From positions 386,110 to 416,341 of the forward strand of contig NZ_JBHUPY010000007.1 in the NCBI RefSeq assembly GCF_042688385.1: a stretch of 30,232 nucleotides of DNA, read 5' to 3'. Position 1 is the first letter of the stretch, and each line of letters starts with the position of its first letter. A model generated the notes under the pieces. That model made no database searches, had not been told where the DNA came from, and was given only the letters and a program-made list of their open reading frames with translations. Shown piece after piece: positions 8,222 to 15,783 of the stretch. Made by a program: the position numbers and the translations under genes. The DNA is from Herpetosiphon sp. NSE202 (GTDB taxonomy: Bacteria > Chloroflexota > Chloroflexia > Chloroflexales > Herpetosiphonaceae).

Positions 8222-8872
8222 ATGCTGGAAACGGTTATCAGCAACAGGCAGCCTATGACGAATGATCCAATCATTGCGACCGCACCACGACTTATAATTC
8301 GTCGCTGGCAACGGGTAGATTACCAAACCATGGATCGCTGGCCACCTTTCACCGAACCTTTAAGCAGCATTTGGAACTTACCAGATCGGGTGACGGTTGG
8401 CGGCGATTGGATGAACGACATCCGGCGAACCTATGCGATTGTTCTGCGTGATAATACCCTAGTTGGGCGAATTACGTTACGCAACATTGATTCGGCTAGT
8501 GGCTCGGCACGGCTTGGGATTACAATTGGCGCACCCTATGTGAGCCAAGGCTATGGCACCGAAGGCTTAGCCGCCTTTCTCCAAGCATTTTTCAGCACCC
8601 TTGGCTTTCAAACCATGGTGCTCGATGTGGCTTCAGTTAACGAACGAGCTGTACGCTGCTATCGGCGGCTCGGCTTCCAATATAATGGTCATCATTGGCG
8701 TGATGCTGGCTGGCGTTTTATGCAAACGCTCGATCAAGCCACCCGCGAACGCATCGCCCCCTTTATCAAGGAAGGCCGTCACGGGGTGTGGGTACAATTT
8801 TACGACATGACGCTCGCCCGCAGTGATTGGCAAGCGGCTCAACATCGGTCAGTTATCCACGTTAATCAATAA
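8222..8872 (+). CDS. GNAT family N-acetyltransferase (RimJ/RimL-like). Start may be ATG 8255.
   Basis: Contains VGRITLRNIDSASGSARLGITIGAPYVSQGYGTEGLAAFLQAFF...ERAVRCYRRLGF, which covers GNAT motifs A and B. TATAAT at 8213-8218 directly abuts ATG 8222, so ATG 8255 (MTNDP) is the more plausible start. Confidence 0.7.
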   Translation: MLETVISNRQPMTNDPIIATAPRLIIRRWQRVDYQTMDRWPPFTEPLSSIWNLPDRVTVGGDWMNDIRRTYAIVLRDNTLVGRITLRNIDSASGSARLGITIGAPYVSQGYGTEGLAAFLQAFFSTLGFQTMVLDVASVNERAVRCYRRLGFQYNGHHWRDAGWRFMQTLDQATRERIAPFIKEGRHGVWVQFYDMTLARSDWQAAQHRSVIHVNQ

Positions 8873-8885
8873 AAGAGGAAGCAGT

Positions 8886-9431
8886 ATGTCGCTGATTGCA
8901 GGAAACTTGGCAGTTGTTCAAAAACTACTCGACGGTGCGCAAATGGCGTGGGGCATTTATGGCGGAGCCGCAGCTCACTTCTATGGCAGCCGTCGCCCAA
9001 TTAATGATATTGATATTGTGGTGCCAGCCAACATGCTGAGCGAAATTGCCCGCTTGTTGCAGCAAGGCCAAAAGGCAGTGCAGTACGATGGTGGGCGCAT
9101 TTTATGGCGTGGGATTATTCTGCAAGAGGATCTGACGATTCGCCAAAATGGTGCTGTTTACCCGTTTGTGCTCGATCAACCAATGATCGAACGCCTACAA
9201 CGCAAGCCATTGCTTGGCTCACGGGTGCTCTTTTTGGCTCCCGAAGATATTTTGGTCCACAAATTAATTTTGTATCGTGGTTCAGACCAACAACGCTTCG
9301 ATATTGTCGATTGCGAAGGCATTATCAAGCGCCAACAACTCGACCTTGAATATCTGAGCCAACGCCTGCAAAGCAGCAACGCCACTGCCCTCGTTACCCC
9401 ACGCATCGCCGAAATGGGCGTAACGCTGTAA
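8886..9431 (+). CDS. Nucleotidyltransferase-fold protein, Lnu/ANT-like (lincosamide/aminoglycoside nucleotidyltransferase-like)
   Basis: MAWGIYGGAAAHFYGSRRPINDIDIVV resembles the GG/GS...DIDI signature of minimal nucleotidyltransferases (Lnu(A) has WLDGGWGVDVL...HRDIDIDF). 181 aa. SD AAGAGGAAG is upstream of ATG 8886. The track start 8823 overlaps the GNAT gene. Confidence 0.55.
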   Translation: MSLIAGNLAVVQKLLDGAQMAWGIYGGAAAHFYGSRRPINDIDIVVPANMLSEIARLLQQGQKAVQYDGGRILWRGIILQEDLTIRQNGAVYPFVLDQPMIERLQRKPLLGSRVLFLAPEDILVHKLILYRGSDQQRFDIVDCEGIIKRQQLDLEYLSQRLQSSNATALVTPRIAEMGVTL

Positions 9432-9435
9432 GTTT

Positions 9436-9473
9436 AAAGGCATTGTGGGTGCATTGCTCAGAATGCCTTTTTG
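9436..9473 (+). terminator. Hairpin plus T-run after the nucleotidyltransferase gene
   Basis: AAAGGCATT...AATGCCTTTTTG. 9-bp stem, internal loop, and a T-tract. Confidence 0.5.
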
Positions 9474-9496
9474 ATTGAACCCTGACCGATAGAACA

Positions 9497-10258
9497 TTGC
9501 TTATGCTAAAAACAACCCAACCTCAACATCCGATCGCCTGGACTTTAGGCAATTGCTTGCTCTTTTGCGGCATGTATTTGTTGTTGTATGTTGGCGGCAT
9601 GTACGCCGACGATTTTTACAATCAACAAGCAGCGCGCGGCGATAGCACGCTGCCAATCGCTGCGCCCATCATTGCAACTGCCGAGCCTGAACTTGGCGCC
9701 TTTCAAGCCCCCCAATTAAACGCCAATCCGCTCAGCGACCAACCTAATGCCAATGTTCCAAGCGAACATTCAAGCATCAGCCGGATTCAAATTCCACGGA
9801 TCGAGGTTGATCAGAAGGTGATCGAGGTTGGTTGGGAGTTAATCGATGGCGTGGCAACATGGCAGGTTGCAAAATACGCCGTTGGCCATCATCAAGGCAG
9901 CGCCAACCCCGGCGAAGCAAGTAATATCGTCTTGGCGGGCCATGTTGGCGGCTCGGCGCCCGTGTTTGATCGCTTGATTGAAACCCAGCCAGGCGACCAA
10001 ATTGTGCTCTATAGCAATGGTCAGCAATATCTGTATGTGGTGCAATCGAATGAGCGTGTGCAAGAAGTTGGCATTTCGGCAGAACAACGCCTGACCAATG
10101 CTGCCTATATGAACCCAACTCCTGCTGAAACCATTACCTTGATTACCTGTTGGCCGCCAACTGGCCCCAATGCCTTCGATCAGCGGATTATTGTGCGAGC
10201 CGTTCCCTACACCAGCGCTTCGGAGCAACCAGCAGGTAGCAATTGGCAGATGCGCTAA
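9497..10258 (+). CDS. Sortase family transpeptidase (N-terminal TM anchor; class E/F-like)
   Basis: VLAGHVGG (catalytic His region), TLITCWP (TLXTC active-site Cys motif) and a conserved Arg region. One N-terminal TM segment. TTG start in the track; ATG at 9503. Confidence 0.8.
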   Translation: MLMLKTTQPQHPIAWTLGNCLLFCGMYLLLYVGGMYADDFYNQQAARGDSTLPIAAPIIATAEPELGAFQAPQLNANPLSDQPNANVPSEHSSISRIQIPRIEVDQKVIEVGWELIDGVATWQVAKYAVGHHQGSANPGEASNIVLAGHVGGSAPVFDRLIETQPGDQIVLYSNGQQYLYVVQSNERVQEVGISAEQRLTNAAYMNPTPAETITLITCWPPTGPNAFDQRIIVRAVPYTSASEQPAGSNWQMR

Positions 10259-10340
10259 ATCAAGCTGCAACAAAATTTTATAGCCTATCGTCAGATGAAC
10301 AGCTATTGACAATTCTGTGTCATCACGAAGGGGCTACACC

Positions 10341-10859
10341 ATGACAAAACGAACTTTAGGCTTGCTATTGATTGGAGCAGGGATTATTGCCCTCTTCAGC
10401 AACATTGGGAATGGCTTGTTTGGCCGCGACCACGATTATCGTGAGTACGAAGTGCGTCAAGCAATGCATTTTCAAATGCATGAAGATTTTGCCCAGCCCG
10501 AGGTCGAATTTAACGAAGGAATGGCTGATTTTCAGGCCGAGATGAGTGATATTCAAGCAGAAATCAGCGAGGCTGTAAACTCACATTGGCAAGATAATGC
10601 TGCCGAATTCCACGAAGAAATGGCCAACCTGCGCGCCGAAATGCAAGATGCGCAAGCTGAAATGTATGAGGCCCAAGCTGAAATGCATAGCGCAATGCCA
10701 GCCAACGGCTTTGCAGATTCACGCTTCGAGCACGGGCCACGCCATCGCGGTGCACCATTCGGCTTCTTGCTGTTTCCCTTATTAATTGGTGGTGGGATAT
10801 TCTTGTTGGTTCGTCGCCGCCGCATGGTTGTGCGCCGCCACCAAGTCCAGCACTTCTAA
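10341..10859 (+). CDS. Hypothetical bitopic membrane protein with AQAEM-type acidic coiled repeats
   Basis: N-terminal TM (LGLLLIGAGIIALF). A central region carries repeats FQAEMSDIQAEISEA / ANLRAEMQDAQAEMYEAQAEMHSA. C-terminal TM plus poly-Arg (FGFLLFPLLIGGGIFLLVRRRRMVVRR). Track start is GTG 10317; ATG 10341 has GAAGGGG upstream. Confidence 0.55.
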   Translation: MTKRTLGLLLIGAGIIALFSNIGNGLFGRDHDYREYEVRQAMHFQMHEDFAQPEVEFNEGMADFQAEMSDIQAEISEAVNSHWQDNAAEFHEEMANLRAEMQDAQAEMYEAQAEMHSAMPANGFADSRFEHGPRHRGAPFGFLLFPLLIGGGIFLLVRRRRMVVRRHQVQHF

Positions 10860-10879
10860 TTAGCGCTTCGAGTCTATTC

Positions 10880-10916
10880 AAAAGCCCCTGCAATGACGGT
10901 TGCAGGGGCTTTTTTT
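10880..10916. terminator. Bidirectional rho-independent terminator between convergent genes
   Basis: AAAAGCCCCTGCAA-tgacgg-TTGCAGGGGCTTTTTTTG. 11 to 14-bp perfect stem flanked by A- and T-tracts. Confidence 0.75.
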
Positions 10917-10948
10917 GCGCTTAGAAAATAATTGATCAGGCTGGCAAA

Positions 10949-12346
10949 TTAGCCAAGCACGCGGTTAAGGTTAGCTTCGAGTTTTTGGCGTAAATCACGG
11001 CGCACTTGCTCGCCAGTTGCAGGCGTGGTCAGTAAACCAGCCACAATCCCCAAAATAAATGAGCGCAGGCCGGTGCGTGCGCGGCGGCCTTTGCGGCCAA
11101 CCTCGGTGGTTACTTCACCAGTTTTATGGGCGATTGTTTGGGCTGCTTGCTGGGTCGTTTCGCCAACGATATGCGCAGTTTCTTTGGCGCGGCCACCAAC
11201 AACCGAGGCAGCATCTTTAGCGCGCTCGCCAACAACCGAGGCGGTTTCTTTGGCCCGCTCGCCAACTACAGTTGCAACATCCTTGGCCCGTTCGCCAACC
11301 ACTGAGGCCGTTTCTTTGGCGCGGCCACCAACAACCGAGGCTGCGCCTGCAACTGCTGGAATAACCGTTGCGCTTACATCTTGGGCCTTGGCGCTCACGG
11401 TTTGGGCAACCGAACGCAAGGCATCGGGCGCATGCTCACGAGCTTCTTTAGCGCGTTCGCTGGTTGTTGCCAAAAATTCTTGCACAATGCCACTCAAGCG
11501 TTGCACCAAATCGCTGGCTTGATCACGAGCATCAGCGCCTTTGCTGCTCGCCACATCAACCGCGCGATGGCGTAAATCGTCTGCTTGTTCAAGTACAGTT
11601 TCGCTGCTGCTGCTCAAACGATCGCGTACTTCATTCAAAATGGTTTTAGCCTTATCAGCCAAGGTTTCGCCTTGATCCATCGCCTGTTCGCGCACATCGG
11701 CCAAACGGCTACGGGCATCGGCGCTTTTGCTGCTTGCAGCTTTCACCGTCTGATGGCGCAAGTCGTCGGCTTGCTCAAGCACGGTTTCGCTGGTGCTGCT
11801 CAAACGATCGCGCACTTCATTCAAGATATTTTTGGCTTTATCGGCTAAGGTTTCACCTTGATCAACTGCTTGATCGCGTACATCGGCCAAACGGCTTTTG
11901 GTTTGGTCGCCCAAATCGTTGGCCCGATCGCGGCTGGCGGTAGCAACCGCAGCTAAGCCAGCAGTTGCAGCGCTCAACAACGAACTACCTTTATCGCGAC
12001 CTTGAGCGGCTTTTTTGCCAAGTTGGTCAACAGCATGTTCAACTTGATCGCGGCCAGTTTCCAAGCTCGCATTCAAGCGTTGATTGGCGTTCTTGCCAGC
12101 TTTGCGCAATTTCTTTTGCTCGCGTTTCAGTTCTTTGCGGGCTTGTTTGCTGAGGCTATGCAAATAGCTATTGGCATCGGCAGCCCGATGTTCAACTTGA
12201 TCGCGGAGATTTTCGGTGAGCAAGGCGACTTTTTCGCCCAAGCTGGTTGGATGATTGCGGCGGCTGCGTGCGCCCAATACCCCACCAATCACACCACCAG
12301 CAATCAGTGCGGCAGTCAATAATGGTTGTTCTTTTTGCTCATTCAT
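10949..12346 (-). CDS. YtxH-domain-anchored LEA/apolipoprotein-like repeat protein
   Basis: Start at MNEQKEQ with an AAAGGAG SD. The track start 12427 is a GTG inside the repeat flank. N-terminus LLTAALIAGGVIGGVLGARSRR and C-terminus FILGIVAGLLTTPATGEQVRRDLRQKLEA are both YtxH-like (TM plus G.ELR) motifs. The interior has five 11-aa repeats (ASVVGERAKET) and a duplicated block of about 62 aa (ETLADKAK.ILNEVRDRLSS.SETVLEQADDLRH...). It is highly charged with many Ala, Asp and Arg, and is predicted helical. Confidence 0.6.
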   Translation of the reverse strand: MNEQKEQPLLTAALIAGGVIGGVLGARSRRNHPTSLGEKVALLTENLRDQVEHRAADANSYLHSLSKQARKELKREQKKLRKAGKNANQRLNASLETGRDQVEHAVDQLGKKAAQGRDKGSSLLSAATAGLAAVATASRDRANDLGDQTKSRLADVRDQAVDQGETLADKAKNILNEVRDRLSSTSETVLEQADDLRHQTVKAASSKSADARSRLADVREQAMDQGETLADKAKTILNEVRDRLSSSSETVLEQADDLRHRAVDVASSKGADARDQASDLVQRLSGIVQEFLATTSERAKEAREHAPDALRSVAQTVSAKAQDVSATVIPAVAGAASVVGGRAKETASVVGERAKDVATVVGERAKETASVVGERAKDAASVVGGRAKETAHIVGETTQQAAQTIAHKTGEVTTEVGRKGRRARTGLRSFILGIVAGLLTTPATGEQVRRDLRQKLEANLNRVLG

Positions 12347-12427
12347 AATCAATAACTCCTTTGCTCTACGATTCGAGCACGTATCTGCCAAACCTATAGC
12401 AAACCCTATACCAAGCGTTTGATCCAC

Positions 12428-12781
12428 GAGGGGTCAGGGGCTAGGGATCAGTTACGGAAACCACAATGAGGGATCAGGGGTCAGAGGTTAGGGATCAGTT
12501 ATGGAAACCGCGAAGGACACGAAGATCGCGAAGTTATTTTTTGCCTCAGATTGATCCACGAAGCACACGAAGAGCACGAAGAACCGGAACCACGAAGGAC
12601 GCTAAGATCACGAAGTTATTTTTTTGCCCAGATTTCCCTGATTATATTTACAATAACCCATCGCCCAAAGCCAATAGTCAAGAGCCTTTCATCCCTCATC
12701 CTTCATAATTCGTCCTTAAAAGAAAGAGGATCGAGCTACTACTAGCCCAATCCCCTATGCTCTACTCTATGTTCTATGTTC
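12428..12781. repeat. Composite repeat array. G-rich heptamers with an AGGGATCAGTTAYGGAAACC duplication, then CACGAAGNR nonamers, then reverse AACATAG heptamers.
   Basis: Direct reading. The module order mirrors 2569-2862 in the opposite orientation. Track ORFs 12466..12708 and 12551..12745 lie entirely within the repeats and are likely spurious. Confidence 0.8.
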
Positions 12782-13747
12782 TTAGTTCGTTACGGTTGGA
12801 ACAGGGCTGCTTGGTGGACTGAGCACACTTGCAGCAACCCAGCCACGGCCTGTGCCATCGGGCAACTGAATTTGATACCAATCGCCTGATTGACCAAGCA
12901 CTTGCACGCTATCGCCAGCCTTGAGCTGGGCAATCGGGTCGTTATTGGTATTTGGCGCAGGCCGCACATTGGCGGTTGGAGCGGTTACGCTAGCGGTTGC
13001 TGGAGCCACGGTTGGCGTAGCAGCAGTATCCACGGTTGGCGTTGCCTCAGCCTCATCATCTTCTGGGTCTTCGCCCTCAGCGGTATCTTCGCTAACCGGA
13101 GTTGCAGTGGGCAAAATTGGCGTAACCGCCGTGCCCCACGCTGCATGATTTGATTGATTAAGTGCGCCACGCACGGTCGTAATTCGTTCATTGGCCCAAA
13201 ATAAGGCAATAAACGCTACTGCAACTAATAACGCAATCCGAATTGGGTCAGAAAGCCGCAGGATGGTGCTACTGCGTTGCATCTCACGCAAGGCGGCAGC
13301 AGCGCTGGCGGCAACTGGCTCGCCCCAACTGGTGCGGCTGCGATCATCGCGGGCAACCCGCCGCAAGGCCAGCAGGGCCCGACCATCGCCAACTTTGCCC
13401 AAAGCGCGCACCGCAGCCCAACGCACGTTGCTGTTGGGGTGATTGAGTGCTTGGCTCAAGGGGCGGCTGGCCCGACCATCGCCAATTTGGCCCAAGGCTT
13501 CGGCGGCTCGATAGGCCCGCAACCACGGATATTTTGGATCAAGCGCTTCGATCAGCAAGGGAACTGCTTGCGCCCCCAAGCGAATCAAATCGTCTTCTGC
13601 TCGTTCGTGGTTGGGATCGTTGGCATTATCTAAGGCAACGACCAACTGGCGCAATTGCGCATCGGCAACCTGTGGCGGAGCTGCTTCGGGCCGGGCCTGC
13701 GATGGCTGCGGCTGGCGCGGCTGTGATGGTGGTACTTGATCAGTCAT
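12782..13747 (-). CDS. HEAT-repeat (PBS-lyase-like) / TM / SH3b-domain protein
   Basis: N-terminus is Pro/Gln-rich. Tandem HEAT-like repeats follow (...VPLLIEALDPKYPWLRAYRAAEALGQIGDGRA...NSNVRWAAVRALGKVGDGRA...). There is one TM (IALLVAVAFIALFW). The C-terminus is SH3b-like (LKAGDSVQVLGQSGDWYQIQLPDGTGRGWVAASVL). The start is ATG 13747 or GTG 13798; neither has a clear SD. Confidence 0.55.
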   Translation of the reverse strand: MTDQVPPSQPRQPQPSQARPEAAPPQVADAQLRQLVVALDNANDPNHERAEDDLIRLGAQAVPLLIEALDPKYPWLRAYRAAEALGQIGDGRASRPLSQALNHPNSNVRWAAVRALGKVGDGRALLALRRVARDDRSRTSWGEPVAASAAAALREMQRSSTILRLSDPIRIALLVAVAFIALFWANERITTVRGALNQSNHAAWGTAVTPILPTATPVSEDTAEGEDPEDDEAEATPTVDTAATPTVAPATASVTAPTANVRPAPNTNNDPIAQLKAGDSVQVLGQSGDWYQIQLPDGTGRGWVAASVLSPPSSPVPTVTN

Positions 13748-14006
13748 ATCAGCGAATCTCGAATATGCATTAATTAATAAGGATGGTGTTGCCAGCACTC
13801 AGGCCAATTGCAACCCTCGCATTGTACCAGAGAAAGCAAGTTCAAATATCCACAGCACAATCCTGACCAGCAAACCAATCAGCAGCTGGTCGCTTTGCCA
13901 ATTGAATCAAATGGGCTATCCAAAGCGAATATGGTACAATTGATCTATATGCAGCCCGTTGGCGCGTTCGCAAACGGCTGTTTTTTTAGGGCAAACACGA
14001 GAGTTT

Positions 14007-15770
14007 ATGCTGCTAGAATTATTTATTGCCGATTTCGCAATTATTGACCAAGTACGCTTACAATTTACCCCAGCATTTAATGTGCTGACTGGTGAAACCG
14101 GAGCCGGTAAGTCAATTATGATTGATGCCCTCGGCATGTTACGTGGCGAACGGAGCGATCCGAGTTTCGTGCGTGCTGGTAGTAATCAAGCTCGCGTTGA
14201 AGGCATTTTCACGCTCGCCGATCGCCCAGATATTCTGCCAATTTTAGCGGAATATGGCCTTGATGGTGCTGATGATGATCAGATTATTCTGACCAGAGAA
14301 ATTCACGGAGCCAGTGGCCGGAGCGTCGCTAGGATTAATGGTCGTGCCGTGAGTAGCGCTGTGCTGCGCGAAATTGGCGGGCGTTTGGTCGATATTCACG
14401 GCCAAAACGATAGCCAAACCTTGTTTAATGTGCGCACCCATGCCGAAATGCTCGATCGCTATGCAGGTGTGGTTGCTGATCGTGAGCAACTGAGCCAACA
14501 GGTGATCGCGGTCGAAGCAGTGCGCAGCCAAATTACAACCTTGCGCAACGCCGAAGCCCGCCGTATCGATCGCATCGAAGAATTAACCTTCTTGGTCGAA
14601 GAATTGACCAATGCCAAACTGATTGCTGGCGAAGAAGCAACATTAACCAATGAGCGCAGTTTGTTGCAAAATAGCGCCAAAATTACCGGCATGGTCGATA
14701 CGATGTATCGTTTGCTGCGCACTGGCACGCCTGCGAGCGAGCGTCGCACTGCAACCCGCTCGATTGTCGATAGCCTTGATGATGTGACGAATGTGTTGAG
14801 CGAGCTGTTGCGGCTTGACCCAAGCTTGGCAGCGCTCAACGAGCAAACCCTCGAAGTACGCTATCGGCTCGACGATGTGATCGAGGGCGTGCGGACGTAT
14901 CGCGATCGTTTGGAATTTGAGCCAGGCCGGCTGGAAATAATTGAAGATCGCTTGGCTGAGCTGCGCGATTTGGCCAAAAAATATCGCGCCGCCGATGCTG
15001 CCGAATTGCTCGAACGCTTGACCAACGCCAGCGAAGAACTTGAAACATTGCACTATAGCGCCGAGCATATTGCTGAATTGGTGCAGCAAGAGCAACAACT
15101 GCTAGCCAGCATTGGGCTTGCAGCCGCTGAACTGAGCAGCCGCCGTCGCCAAGCAGGCGATGAATTGGCCGAACGGATTGCCGCTGCCATGGCCGATTTG
15201 GCCATGCCGCATGTTAAATTCCATGTGCAACTCTCGCAGCGACCAGACCCACATGGCGTTTTGATCAATGAGCGCCATTTGGCCTTTGATCGCACGGGGA
15301 TTGATCAGATTGAGTTTTTACTCAGCCCCAATCCTGGCGAGCCGCTCAAATCATTGGCCAAAATTGCCTCTGGTGGTGAATCGGCGCGCTTGCTATTGGC
15401 CATGAAATCGATTCTTTCGGCGGTTGATAGCGTACCAACCTTGGTTTTTGATGAAGTTGATGTGGGCGTTGGCGGTCGGGCTGGCCATGTGGTCGGCGAA
15501 AAATTGTGGGGCATTAGCGATGCCCATCAAGTGTTGTGTATTACCCACTTGCCTCAAGTTGCAGCCTTTGGCGATTGTCATTTTGCGATTGCCAAACAAG
15601 TTGTCAATCAACGAACCCAAACCTTTGTGCACCCACTGAGCGAGCAAGAGCGCATCGAAGAATTAGCAGCGATGCTTGATGGAACACCAGTGAGCGAAGC
15701 CAGCCGACGCTCTGCAAGCGCCATGCTAGAACGTGCTGCCAACTACAAACTGGCAACCAGCAATTCATAA
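14007..15770 (+). CDS. recN: DNA repair protein RecN
   Basis: MLLELFIADFAIIDQVRLQFTPAFNVLTGETGAGKSIMIDALGML is the canonical RecN N-terminus with a Walker A. SMC-like coiled coil. C-terminus has LSGGE-type (ASGGESARLLLAMK) and Walker B (LVFDEVDVGVG) motifs. Confidence 0.9.
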   Translation: MLLELFIADFAIIDQVRLQFTPAFNVLTGETGAGKSIMIDALGMLRGERSDPSFVRAGSNQARVEGIFTLADRPDILPILAEYGLDGADDDQIILTREIHGASGRSVARINGRAVSSAVLREIGGRLVDIHGQNDSQTLFNVRTHAEMLDRYAGVVADREQLSQQVIAVEAVRSQITTLRNAEARRIDRIEELTFLVEELTNAKLIAGEEATLTNERSLLQNSAKITGMVDTMYRLLRTGTPASERRTATRSIVDSLDDVTNVLSELLRLDPSLAALNEQTLEVRYRLDDVIEGVRTYRDRLEFEPGRLEIIEDRLAELRDLAKKYRAADAAELLERLTNASEELETLHYSAEHIAELVQQEQQLLASIGLAAAELSSRRRQAGDELAERIAAAMADLAMPHVKFHVQLSQRPDPHGVLINERHLAFDRTGIDQIEFLLSPNPGEPLKSLAKIASGGESARLLLAMKSILSAVDSVPTLVFDEVDVGVGGRAGHVVGEKLWGISDAHQVLCITHLPQVAAFGDCHFAIAKQVVNQRTQTFVHPLSEQERIEELAAMLDGTPVSEASRRSASAMLERAANYKLATSNS

Positions 15771-15783
15771 TTCAATAATATCC

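Noticed and set aside
11025-12322. Plus-strand ORFs (11025..11522, 11585..11848, 12002..12322) antisense to the LEA-like gene
   Set aside because: They are repetitive mirror-image translations of the Ala/Arg/Asp-rich repeats on the other strand. The minus-strand gene has the SD, the YtxH motifs and a coherent architecture.
12300-12710. Apparent 1-nt discrepancy between my coordinate counting and the ORF track (e.g. lysW-independent check: stop of ORF 12002..12322 counted at 12321; ATG of 12466 ORF counted at 12465)
   Set aside because: This is not a biological feature. Both overlapping ORF translations imply one extra C at about 12300-12301 relative to the text as I read it. I therefore used track coordinates for genes in that interval and flag +/-1 nt uncertainty for the repeat boundaries there.
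12466-12745. Track ORFs 12466..12708 and 12551..12745 ('RDQGSEVRDQ...', 'HEAHEEHEEPEP...')
   Set aside because: They lie entirely within the low-complexity repeat array, and their 'protein' is a translation of CACGAAG and GGGATCAGG repeats. They have no SD or context. Likely spurious.
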